Shown here piece by piece: positions 45,395 to 54,126 of a stretch of DNA of 64,000 bases. Source of the stretch: Gammaproteobacteria bacterium (lineage in GTDB: Bacteria; Pseudomonadota; Gammaproteobacteria; DSM-16500); contig JABDBK010000002.1 of NCBI GenBank assembly GCA_013288655.1, forward strand, positions 2,390-66,389, given 5' to 3'. A model generated the notes under the pieces. It ran no database searches. It saw only the letters and a list, made by a program, of their open reading frames with translations, and was not told where the DNA came from. Numbering within the stretch: the first letter of the stretch is position 1; each line of letters opens with the position of its first letter. The position numbers and the translations under genes were made by a program.

Positions 45395-45500
45395 TCCTTT
45401 GATCGATTACGTAGCAATTGCTACCATACGTATTCTTTGAAAAAAATGAACCTTCGATAGAATAATTATTACAATAAATCCTTAAACGGAGATAATAAAG

Positions 45501-46457
45501 GTGAAATACCTCATCACTGGTAGCGCTGGCTTTATAGGCAGCAACTTAACCGACAAATTATTAAGCTTAGGCCATGAAGTTGTAGGTTATGATAACTTCT
45601 CAACTGGCATACATCAATTTTTAGAACATGCTAAAAAATCACCTCATTTTACCTTGATCGAAAATGATTTATTAAATCATGATGTATTAACTCAAGCCAT
45701 GAAAGATATAGATTTTGTTTTTCATTTGGCTGCTAATGCAGACGTACGCTTTGGTACCCATCATCCCCATAGAGATTTAGAGCAAAATACAGTAGTTACA
45801 TTTAATGTACTGGAAGCCATGCGCGCAAATAATGTGAAACAAATAGCTTTTGCATCCACAGGATCTATTTATGGTGAAGCTACTATTATCCCAACACCAG
45901 AGCACGCTCCTTTTCCTATTCAAACATCACTCTATGGAGCATCAAAACTTGCTGCGGAAGGGCTCATTCAAGCTTATTGTGAAGGATTTGGCTTTCAAGC
46001 CTATATATTTCGTTTCGTATCTATATTGGGAGAACGTTACACCCATGGACATGTATTTGACTTCTTCAAGCAATTACTCATGAATCCTGGTCAGTTAAAT
46101 GTATTAGGCAATGGCAAACAACGTAAATCTTACCTTTATATTCAAGATTGTCTCGATGCCATGTTATATGCAATAAACAAATCCCAAGATAGGATTAACA
46201 TTTTCAACTTGGGGACTGATGAATACTGTGAAGTCAATGACTCTATTAAATGGATTTGTGATCATTTAAATGTCATACCTATAAAAACTTACACAGGTGG
46301 AGATAAAGGCTGGATAGGTGATAATCCATTTATTTTCTTGGATTGTTCACGTATTCGAAATTTAGGCTGGAAACCTAAATTAAGTATTCGTGAAGGCGTT
46401 TTACAAACCATACAATACTTACAACAAAACCCATGGTTATTAGAGAGCAGAGCATGA
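45501..46457 (+). CDS. NAD-dependent nucleotide-sugar epimerase/dehydratase (extended SDR)
   Basis: ITGSAGFIGSNL Rossmann motif and YGASK catalytic motif. GTG start. Confidence 0.85.
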   Translation: MKYLITGSAGFIGSNLTDKLLSLGHEVVGYDNFSTGIHQFLEHAKKSPHFTLIENDLLNHDVLTQAMKDIDFVFHLAANADVRFGTHHPHRDLEQNTVVTFNVLEAMRANNVKQIAFASTGSIYGEATIIPTPEHAPFPIQTSLYGASKLAAEGLIQAYCEGFGFQAYIFRFVSILGERYTHGHVFDFFKQLLMNPGQLNVLGNGKQRKSYLYIQDCLDAMLYAINKSQDRINIFNLGTDEYCEVNDSIKWICDHLNVIPIKTYTGGDKGWIGDNPFIFLDCSRIRNLGWKPKLSIREGVLQTIQYLQQNPWLLESRA

Positions 46458-47731
46458 AAATAGCAGTTGTCGGACTATGGCATTTAGGATGTGTCACAGC
46501 AGCATGCTTAGCTCATGCAGGTTATGATGTGATTGCCTATGACCATGACCCTGAAATCATCCATCATCTTAACAATAAAATCGTGCCTATTTTTGAACCT
46601 GGTTTAAATGATTTATTATTCCAGAAAAATAATCTTAACTATTCGAATGAACGAGATGATATCTCAGAAGCTCATATCATTTGGATCACTTACGATACAC
46701 CTGTTGATGAAAACGATATCGCAGATATTGATTTTGTGACTAAAAACATTGTGGCTCTTTTCCCTTATCTACAACAACATGCATTGATATTAGTTTCATC
46801 ACAACTTCCTGTAGGCACCATAAGACAATTACAAAATCTATGCAAAAAAAGCCATCCTCATAAGAATATTATTTTTGCCTGTAGTCCTGAAAATTTACGC
46901 CTTGGTAAAGCCATAGAAGTTTTCTCTAAACCCGATAGAATCATCGTGGGGATAGATTCAGAAAACGATAAATCCATGATTCAAGATTTATTATTCCCAT
47001 TCACACATCATATCATTTGGATGTCTATCGAATCAGCCGAAATGACCAAGCATGCACTGAATGCATTTCTTGCGACTTCTGTCGTATTTATTAATGAATT
47101 AGCAACACTTTGCGAAAAAACGGGCGCAAATGCACGAGAAGTTGAGAAAGGTTTAAAAAGTGAAGAACGTATTGGGCCCAAAGCCTATCTAAGACCAGGC
47201 AATGCTATTGCTGGAGGAACGCTTGCACGTGATGTCAATTATCTTGTCCAGATTGGACAACAACATACAACAAAAACTCCATTATTTTCTGCACTACTCG
47301 ACAGCAATCATGCACATAAACAATGGTCATGCAGAAAAGTCATCGATATTTTAAAAGATATCAAACATAAAACCATCGCCGTGTTAGGTTTAACTTATAA
47401 AGTTGGCACTGATACATTACGACGATCCGCCGCGGTTGAATCGTGTCTATGGTTAAATAATCTTGGTGCTAAAGTCGTAGCTTTTGATCCTGCTTTGACT
47501 CATTTACCGGCAGACCTGGCTGATATGATCCAACTTAAACATACGCTAGACGAAGCTTTAGTTGATGCAGATGCCATTTTAATTTCTACAGAACACCCTG
47601 AGTTTCAAAACTTAACACCCGATCAAATTATCATGCGAACCAATCAAGCTTGCATTTTTGATCCATCAGCATTCCTTGCAAAAAAACTTGGAATGGATAC
47701 TCGATTACGTTATTTTTCAGTAGGACAATAA
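46454..47731 (+). CDS. UDP-glucose/GDP-mannose dehydrogenase-family protein
   Basis: MKIAVVGLWHLGCVTAACLA N-terminal Rossmann fold, central and C-terminal UDPG_MGDP_dh-like regions. ATGA overlap with the upstream gene. Confidence 0.85.
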   Translation: MKIAVVGLWHLGCVTAACLAHAGYDVIAYDHDPEIIHHLNNKIVPIFEPGLNDLLFQKNNLNYSNERDDISEAHIIWITYDTPVDENDIADIDFVTKNIVALFPYLQQHALILVSSQLPVGTIRQLQNLCKKSHPHKNIIFACSPENLRLGKAIEVFSKPDRIIVGIDSENDKSMIQDLLFPFTHHIIWMSIESAEMTKHALNAFLATSVVFINELATLCEKTGANAREVEKGLKSEERIGPKAYLRPGNAIAGGTLARDVNYLVQIGQQHTTKTPLFSALLDSNHAHKQWSCRKVIDILKDIKHKTIAVLGLTYKVGTDTLRRSAAVESCLWLNNLGAKVVAFDPALTHLPADLADMIQLKHTLDEALVDADAILISTEHPEFQNLTPDQIIMRTNQACIFDPSAFLAKKLGMDTRLRYFSVGQ

Positions 47732-47732
47732 C

Positions 47733-48608
47733 ATGAATATAAATGGGAAATTAAAAGGTTTATCGGCTATTATCACAGGCGGAAGTCAAGGGCTGGGATA
47801 TGAAATTGCAAAACAATTCGTGACCGAAGGCGCAAATATTATGCTATGCGCCCGAAATATTGATTCACTGCATACTGCACAGCAAGAATTGAACAAGGAC
47901 ACATCAAAAGTCCTCGTCAAAACATGCGATATTTCCAAACTCGATCAAGTCGAAGATTTAGTTGCAACAACATTAGAAGCATTCCAGAAAATTGATATCC
48001 TGGTTGCAAATGCAGGCGTTTACGGTACCAAAGGTCCCATCGATGAAATTAATTGGGATGAATGGTCTCGCGCTATCGATATCAATCTTAAAGGCACTGT
48101 CATTCCTTGTCGTTCCGTATTACCTCATTTTAAAAAAAATAAGGCGGGAAAAATTATCATACTATCCGGCGGAGGTGCCACAAAACCCATGCCTTACATG
48201 AGCGCCTATGCTGCATCAAAAGCAGCGGTCGTCAGATTTGCTGAAACCCTGGCTGAAGAAGTAAAACATTTTAATATTGATGTCAATACGGTGGCGCCGG
48301 GTGCATTAAACACACGTTTACTCGATGAAATCTTGGAAGCAGGACCAGACAAAGTCGGAAAATCATTTTACGAACAATCATTAAAACAAAAAAATCAAGG
48401 CGGCACTCCTCTTCACGTGGGAGCAAATTTATGCACTTTTCTTGCATCGAAGGAAAGCAACGGTATCACAGGAAAATTAATTAGTGCCGTGTGGGATCCT
48501 TGGAAAAATTTACCCGACTATATCGATGAATTACAAGATTCTGATATTTATACCTTGCGTCGTATTATACCTCAAGATAGAGGAAAAAATTGGGATGACA
48601 TTAAATGA
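47733..48608 (+). CDS. Classical SDR-family oxidoreductase
   Basis: TGGSQGLG cofactor motif, NAG, and YAASKAA catalytic motif. Confidence 0.85.
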   Translation: MNINGKLKGLSAIITGGSQGLGYEIAKQFVTEGANIMLCARNIDSLHTAQQELNKDTSKVLVKTCDISKLDQVEDLVATTLEAFQKIDILVANAGVYGTKGPIDEINWDEWSRAIDINLKGTVIPCRSVLPHFKKNKAGKIIILSGGGATKPMPYMSAYAASKAAVVRFAETLAEEVKHFNIDVNTVAPGALNTRLLDEILEAGPDKVGKSFYEQSLKQKNQGGTPLHVGANLCTFLASKESNGITGKLISAVWDPWKNLPDYIDELQDSDIYTLRRIIPQDRGKNWDDIK

Positions 48609-49594
48609 ATATTGCCATCATTGGATGTGGTTTAATAGGCCAAAAGCGCGCAAAAAATTTAGCTCATGGTAAATTAGTCGCTTGTGTTGATCAGCATGTG
48701 GAAAAAGCACATGCATTAGCCAAACAATTCTCCGATTGCATAGCTTACACAGATTGGCGTGAAGTTATCGATAGAAAAGATGTCGATATCGTCATTATTG
48801 CGACCCTACATGCAACACTGGCTGATATCAGTTTAGCTGCTGCTATTTCAGGTAAGCATATATTAGTTGAAAAACCAGGCGCAAAACACGCTGAAGAACT
48901 ATCTCCTGTCATAGCTGCCGCAAAAAAATCTGGTAGTCTCATTCGAGTAGGTTTTAATCATCGCTATCATCGCGCATTTCAGAAAGCGAAAGAATTAGTC
49001 GCGGAAGACGCTTTGGGGGAACTCATGTTTATTCGTGCACGATATGGTCATGGTGGACGAGTAGGCTATGAAAAAGAATGGCGTGCCCAGCCAGCATTAT
49101 CAGGCGGCGGCGAACTTATTGATCAAGGTATCCATTTAATTGACCTTGCCCGCTGGTTTTTAGGCGATTTTAATGATATCCAAGGTCATGCTCATACCTA
49201 TTACTGGGATATGCCTGTCGATGATAATGGTTTTTTATTGCTTAAAACGCCTAAAAAGCAAGTTGCCTTTTTACATGCAAGCTGTACCGAATGGAAAAAT
49301 TTGTTTTCTTTTGAGATTTACGGTCAGAAAGGCAAACTAGATATTAACGGTTTGGGAGGAAGCTATGGCGTTGAACGCCTAAGTTTCTATAAAATGTCTG
49401 CCGACATGGGGCCGCCTGAAACATTGATATGGGAATATCCTATGGCCGATAACTCTTGGGAAGTGGAATTTAAAGAGTTTCTTGACGATATTAAAGTCCA
49501 GCGTCAACCTGAAGCAAGCATTCATGATGCATATGCTGCATTAAAAATAGTAGAACAAGTTTATAGGACATCCAATTATGATCATCGTTCGTAG
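48605..49594 (+). CDS. Gfo/Idh/MocA-family oxidoreductase
   Basis: MNIAIIGCGLIGQKR N-terminal Rossmann fold, and EKP motif (VEKPGA). Confidence 0.85.
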   Translation: MNIAIIGCGLIGQKRAKNLAHGKLVACVDQHVEKAHALAKQFSDCIAYTDWREVIDRKDVDIVIIATLHATLADISLAAAISGKHILVEKPGAKHAEELSPVIAAAKKSGSLIRVGFNHRYHRAFQKAKELVAEDALGELMFIRARYGHGGRVGYEKEWRAQPALSGGGELIDQGIHLIDLARWFLGDFNDIQGHAHTYYWDMPVDDNGFLLLKTPKKQVAFLHASCTEWKNLFSFEIYGQKGKLDINGLGGSYGVERLSFYKMSADMGPPETLIWEYPMADNSWEVEFKEFLDDIKVQRQPEASIHDAYAALKIVEQVYRTSNYDHRS

Positions 49595-50561
49595 TCCATT
49601 ACGTATTTCACTCGGTGGAGGTGGAACCGATCTTCCATCCTATTATCGTGATCACAGCGGTTTTCTTATCGCAGCCGCTATTGATAAATACGTTTACATA
49701 ACTTTACATCAAACTTTCGTTCAAGAGTTAATCATTAAATATTCTAAAATGGAGCGTGTAGAACATATTGATCAAGTCGAACATCCTATTATTCGAGAAG
49801 CTTTACGTCACCTGAATGTCAGCGCTCCTCACCTTGAAATCACTAGCATGGCAGATATTCCGGCAGGCACTGGTCTTGGGTCTTCAGGAAGCTTTACCAC
49901 TGGATTACTAAAAGCTTTACATACGCTGAAAAAAAATTTAATTCACCCCAAAGAACTTGCGGAAGAAGCCTGCCATATTGAACTTAATCTTTTAAAAGAA
50001 CCTATTGGCAAACAAGATCAATATATTGCAGCCTATGGCGGACTCACTTGTTTTAAGTTTTTACCCGACCATCAAGTCGAAGCATGGCCGCTTAAAATAG
50101 ATCAAGAAACACTTTTTAATCTTGAAGATAATTTATTATTATTTTTTACGGGTTATTCACGTTCTGCATCGGATATTTTGCGAGAGCAAGATCAAAAAAG
50201 TAAAACCCATGACCAAGACATGATAGCGAATTTACATTTTATCAAAGAACTCGGCTTTCAAAGTAAAGATGCCTTAGAAAAAGCAGATCTTCACACTTTT
50301 GCAGAACTTATGAATGTACATTGGGAACATAAAAAGAAACGCTCAGGACAAATGAGTAATACCAAAATTGATGCATGGTATAACCTGGCACGTCAATATG
50401 GCGCATTAGGCGGTAAAATGATAGGCGCAGGCGGTGGAGGTTTTCTAATGTTTTATGCCGAAGACAAAATAAAACTCAGACATGTCATGCGAGAAGCGGG
50501 ATTACATGAGGTGCGATTTCGTTTTGATTTTTTAGGTACGCAAGTTATTGCACAATCTTAA
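49578..50561 (+). CDS. GHMP-family sugar kinase (HddA/heptose-7-phosphate kinase-like)
   Basis: RSPLRISLGGGGTDLPSYY N-terminus, the GHMP motif IPAGTGLGSSGS and C-terminal GAGGGGFLMF. Confidence 0.85.
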   Translation: MIIVRSPLRISLGGGGTDLPSYYRDHSGFLIAAAIDKYVYITLHQTFVQELIIKYSKMERVEHIDQVEHPIIREALRHLNVSAPHLEITSMADIPAGTGLGSSGSFTTGLLKALHTLKKNLIHPKELAEEACHIELNLLKEPIGKQDQYIAAYGGLTCFKFLPDHQVEAWPLKIDQETLFNLEDNLLLFFTGYSRSASDILREQDQKSKTHDQDMIANLHFIKELGFQSKDALEKADLHTFAELMNVHWEHKKKRSGQMSNTKIDAWYNLARQYGALGGKMIGAGGGGFLMFYAEDKIKLRHVMREAGLHEVRFRFDFLGTQVIAQS

Positions 50562-50589
50562 AGTGAATTTTACATACAAGGTTATCTTC

Positions 50590-52206
50590 ATGAATGCACT
50601 AAACCCAGCTTGTTTAATCTGCCACGAAAAACATTTACATTATAATTTTTCATTAAACAAATTCCGCGTAGAAGAATGCCCTAATTGTGGATTAATGAGA
50701 CTAAACCCTCAACCTACTGATGAAGAATTAGCAGATATTTATGGAAAAAATTATTTTCTTTTTAGCGGCAACAATGAAACTGAGCAACATACAAACACGC
50801 TAAAATCTCTTACAGCCGATCATTATCTAAACTTATTAGAATCTTATCAAGGCAGCAAACTTACGGGGCGATTATTAGAAATAGGCTGTGGCCAAGGCGA
50901 TTTTCTTGTCAGAGCTGCTGCCAGAGGATTGCATGTCACTGGCGTTGAATATTCTACTTATTCTGTAGAGATAGCTCAAAAAAAATTAGGTGATCGCGGC
51001 ACAGTATATTGTGGTGAAATAAATCAAATCATAGCTTTAAATGAACGTTTTGATATTATTGTATTTGCCGATGTGCTAGAACATGTTCGTGATCCCCGCA
51101 TTTTTTTAACTCAAATTCATGCATTATTATCTAAAGATGGAATCGTTGTTATTGCTGTACCGACTCTCGATTCTTTCTCAGCACGTTTTATGAAAAGTCG
51201 ATGGGTTGAATTCAAGCAAGAGCATCTTTGGTATTTCTCCACGAGTACATTAACCCGATTATTGCATAGTGAATCTTTTGCAGAAATCAAAATAAAACCC
51301 GCAAAAAAATTCTTAAGTTTTGATTATATTGCCGAACATTTTGAACATTACCCAGTCAAAATGTATACTACGATAACTCGCCTAATTAAAAAAATATTAC
51401 CTCATGCTATCAGAAGGTATCCCTTACATATCACAGCAAGCGGTGTCATAGCCTTCGCAAAACGACAAGAACAGCAAAAATCCAAAAAATTATCTGTTCT
51501 TATGGCGGTATACAATGAAGCTAATTCCGTTAAAAACGCCATAGAAACTGTTTTGCAGAAAAAAATAACGGATATTGAAATTGAATTGATCATCATTGAA
51601 AGCAACTCAACCGATGGTACTCGTAAAATAGTTCGCGAATATGAACATCATGAAAATATCAAAATCATACTGCAAGACAAAGCATGTGGGAAAGGAAATG
51701 CCATTCGTGCTGGACTACAACATATCAGTGGAGATTATGTTCTCATTCAGGATGCCGACTCTGAATATGATATAGAAGACTATGATGCACTTATTGAACC
51801 ACTTACATCAGGAAAAGCTGCTTTTGTATTAGGGGCAAGACATGGTGGAAAAGCATGGAAAATGCGTCAATTTCAAGACCAACGGCTAGCCGGACATTTT
51901 TTAAATTTAGGTCATTGGTTTTTTACGACTTTAGTGAATATAGTTTATGGACTACGCTTAAAAGATCCTTTTACGATGTATAAAGTTTTTCGTAGTGATT
52001 GTCTGCGGGGCATACATTTTGAATGTAATCGTTTCGATTTTGATTATGAACTTTTAATTAAACTTGTTAGAAATGGATACAAACCTATCGAAATACCGGT
52101 TAATTACCGTTCCAGATCATTTAAACAAGGTAAAAAAGTCCGTATTTTTCGCGATCCACTGACATGGTTTATGGCTATTGTTAAATTTCGTTTTAAAAAA
52201 ATTTAG
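50590..52206 (+). CDS. Fusion protein: Zn-ribbon class I SAM methyltransferase + GT2 (DPM1/GtrB/ArnC-like) polyprenyl-phosphate glycosyltransferase
   Basis: N-terminal part has CLICHE...CPNCGL and LLEIGCGQGDF. C-terminal part has LSVLMAVYNEA...IIIESNSTDGT...GKGNAIRAG...IQDADSEYD. Confidence 0.8.
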   Translation: MNALNPACLICHEKHLHYNFSLNKFRVEECPNCGLMRLNPQPTDEELADIYGKNYFLFSGNNETEQHTNTLKSLTADHYLNLLESYQGSKLTGRLLEIGCGQGDFLVRAAARGLHVTGVEYSTYSVEIAQKKLGDRGTVYCGEINQIIALNERFDIIVFADVLEHVRDPRIFLTQIHALLSKDGIVVIAVPTLDSFSARFMKSRWVEFKQEHLWYFSTSTLTRLLHSESFAEIKIKPAKKFLSFDYIAEHFEHYPVKMYTTITRLIKKILPHAIRRYPLHITASGVIAFAKRQEQQKSKKLSVLMAVYNEANSVKNAIETVLQKKITDIEIELIIIESNSTDGTRKIVREYEHHENIKIILQDKACGKGNAIRAGLQHISGDYVLIQDADSEYDIEDYDALIEPLTSGKAAFVLGARHGGKAWKMRQFQDQRLAGHFLNLGHWFFTTLVNIVYGLRLKDPFTMYKVFRSDCLRGIHFECNRFDFDYELLIKLVRNGYKPIEIPVNYRSRSFKQGKKVRIFRDPLTWFMAIVKFRFKKI

Positions 52207-52213
52207 GATTATC

Positions 52214-52633
52214 ATGATTGAAGCAACCTTAAATTATCTTCTCATGCATTATCTACAAATACTAAAATTTGTTGTGGTAGGAGTTACCACATTTTTTATT
52301 AACTTAAGTTTTTTTCACCTTTTTTTTGGAGTACTAAACATTGATTATGAAATAGCTATTTCTTTTTCATATCTCATCACAGTCTTATCACATTTTACTC
52401 TACATCGAGTTTTTACTTTTAATGTAAAAAATCAGTTTTTAACTGGAAATGCTGTGAAATATCTTGGTATGCTTGGTCTTAACTATGTCATCACCCTCAC
52501 CGCCATGTGGTTAGTTGTCAATGTTGCAACATACTCCCCTTATTTTGGAGTGATAGCATCCACAGGCTTGACAGCTTTTACCAGCTTTTTTGTGATGAAG
52601 TATTTTGTATTTAATAAAAGGGACTCGCTATGA
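52214..52633 (+). CDS. GtrA-family membrane protein (putative polyprenyl-phosphate-sugar flippase)
   Basis: ~139 aa with four TM segments. Opens with KFVVVGVTTFFINLSFF, typical of GtrA, and ends with FVMKYFVF. Confidence 0.8.
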   Translation: MIEATLNYLLMHYLQILKFVVVGVTTFFINLSFFHLFFGVLNIDYEIAISFSYLITVLSHFTLHRVFTFNVKNQFLTGNAVKYLGMLGLNYVITLTAMWLVVNVATYSPYFGVIASTGLTAFTSFFVMKYFVFNKRDSL

Positions 52634-53364
52634 AACCTATGTCAGCATTAAAAACTAAACTCTTTGCAGACGGCGCAGATAAATCCGGCATGCTAGAGAT
52701 GTATCGCAATCCCATGATCAAAGGCTTTACGACTAACCCAACACTCATGCGAAAAGCTGGAATCACAGATTACAAAGCATTTGCTTTAGATATTTTATCT
52801 GTCATTAAAGACAGACCTATTTCATTCGAGGTGTTTTCTGATGATTTTGATGAAATGCATGATCAAGCCCAGGAAATTGCACGTTGGGGAAAAAATGTCT
52901 ACGTCAAAATTCCTGTGACTAATACTAAAGGTCAATCTGCTTGCTCCTTAATAAAACATTTAGCTCACGCTTCTGTTAAACAAAATGTCACTGCTTTAAT
53001 GACTCTTGAACAAGTACAAGATGTGACAAACGCATTATCTCAGGGACCATCTTCTTATGTTTCAGTCTTTGCTGGAAGAATTGCAGATACCGGCCGCGAC
53101 CCTATGGATATCATGAAAGCTTCTATGGAATGCCTAAAACCTTATCCTCAATTAGAACTCATTTGGGCAAGCCCGCGAGAATTATTTAATGTATTTCAAG
53201 CAGATCAAATCGGCTGTCATATCATTACAGCTACTAATGACATTCTTAAAAAGTGCGAACTTGTTGGAAAAGACTTGCAAGAATATTCTCTGGAGACAGT
53301 TAAAATGTTTTATGATGATGCGGTTAAAGCAGGATTTTCTTTAGAAATAGCTGAGTTTGCATGA
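52630..53364 (+). CDS. Transaldolase/fructose-6-phosphate aldolase-family protein
   Basis: LFADGAD...GFTTNPTLM...VYVKIPVT motifs of short transaldolase (Fsa/TalC-like) enzymes. ATGA overlap with gtrA. Confidence 0.85.
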   Translation: MKPMSALKTKLFADGADKSGMLEMYRNPMIKGFTTNPTLMRKAGITDYKAFALDILSVIKDRPISFEVFSDDFDEMHDQAQEIARWGKNVYVKIPVTNTKGQSACSLIKHLAHASVKQNVTALMTLEQVQDVTNALSQGPSSYVSVFAGRIADTGRDPMDIMKASMECLKPYPQLELIWASPRELFNVFQADQIGCHIITATNDILKKCELVGKDLQEYSLETVKMFYDDAVKAGFSLEIAEFA

Positions 53365-53384
53365 TATTGATCTTTTTTGGTTTA

Positions 53385-53418
53385 AGTAGATTTGCTGGAT
53401 TACTCCAGCAAATCTACT
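53385..53418. terminator. 15-bp perfect hairpin (agtagatttgctgga-ttac-tccagcaaatctact)
   Basis: Read directly, between the convergent transaldolase gene (+) and the antitoxin gene (-). Confidence 0.6.
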
Positions 53419-53475
53419 CAAACCCCGATTTTTTTGTCGTGTACTAAGAAGATTTATAAACACAAAACGACCATA

Positions 53476-53832
53476 CTAAGCAGCCAACGCTTTTAATACT
53501 GCTTTAGGTGCTTTTTCTATTACTTTAAGAAAATTACGGGCTATGGTTGTTGGTTTGCGTCTGTGTTGCTCCCATTCTTGGATGGTTCTTATACTGACGC
53601 CAAAGTAACTGGCAAATTCTTTTTGCGATACATGTAATTTTTTACGAATTGCTTTAACATCGATTTCGCTTGGTGGATGTACCCGCTTAAATTTCTTTAA
53701 TTGTGTTCTGGTTAAAGGCTTATTGTCGGGGTCAGACTTCGCGGCCACAATAATTTGCTTCTCTGTTAAAGACTTTACTTTACTCCAATTTGTTTTATCT
53801 TTGGGCATTTTCTTCATAGTATCCTCTTTCAT
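53476..53832 (-). CDS. Composite antitoxin: BrnA/DUF4415-like N-terminal region fused to an XRE HTH domain
   Basis: N-terminal DKTNWSKVKSLTEKQIIVAAKSDPDNKPLT is BrnA-like. C-terminal LHVSQKEFASYFGVSIRTIQEWEQHRR is an HTH. Overlaps the brnT 3' end. Confidence 0.7.
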   Translation of the reverse strand: MKEDTMKKMPKDKTNWSKVKSLTEKQIIVAAKSDPDNKPLTRTQLKKFKRVHPPSEIDVKAIRKKLHVSQKEFASYFGVSIRTIQEWEQHRRKPTTIARNFLKVIEKAPKAVLKALAA

Positions 53833-54070
53833 TTTTGCTAGCTCGCCTAGCAGATATAATTCTCTTTTTACTTTTTCGTACTGTATAAATTAATGAAATA
53901 ACAACCCCATGTACTATCCCTATTGTTTGCAGTCTTTCTTCGTCATTGCGGAAACTTGAACGCTCAATCCGAGCTGGATCGTCAAATATTTTAATAGCAC
54001 CAACAAAATCAATCCCATGCTTTTTGAGATTAAGCTCTCTTTTTTCATCGTCCCATTCAAAATCTTTCAT
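53795..54070 (-). CDS. brnT: BrnT-family toxin (intact)
   Basis: MKDFEWDDEKRELNLKKHGIDFVGAIKIFDDP...ISARRASKNER matches the BrnT signature, including the FEWD Trp. Confidence 0.8.
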   Translation of the reverse strand: MKDFEWDDEKRELNLKKHGIDFVGAIKIFDDPARIERSSFRNDEERLQTIGIVHGVVISLIYTVRKSKKRIISARRASKNERGYYEENAQR

Positions 54071-54081
54071 ATCTTTAATTA

Positions 54082-54096
54082 TACGTCAAAGACGTA
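54082..54096 (-). promoter_or_regulatory. Inverted repeat TACGTC-aaa-GACGTA upstream of brnT
   Basis: Read directly, 12 nt upstream of the brnT ATG. Confidence 0.35.
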
Positions 54097-54126
54097 CATA
54101 CTGTCAACAACAATAATTGCACAAGA

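Noticed and set aside
45411-45424. Perfect 14-bp palindrome GTAGCAATTGCTAC after the GT4 gene
   Set aside because: As a hairpin it would have only a 5-bp stem and no T-tract. It could be a weak operator or a chance palindrome in AT-rich DNA, and the support is not enough to call a feature.
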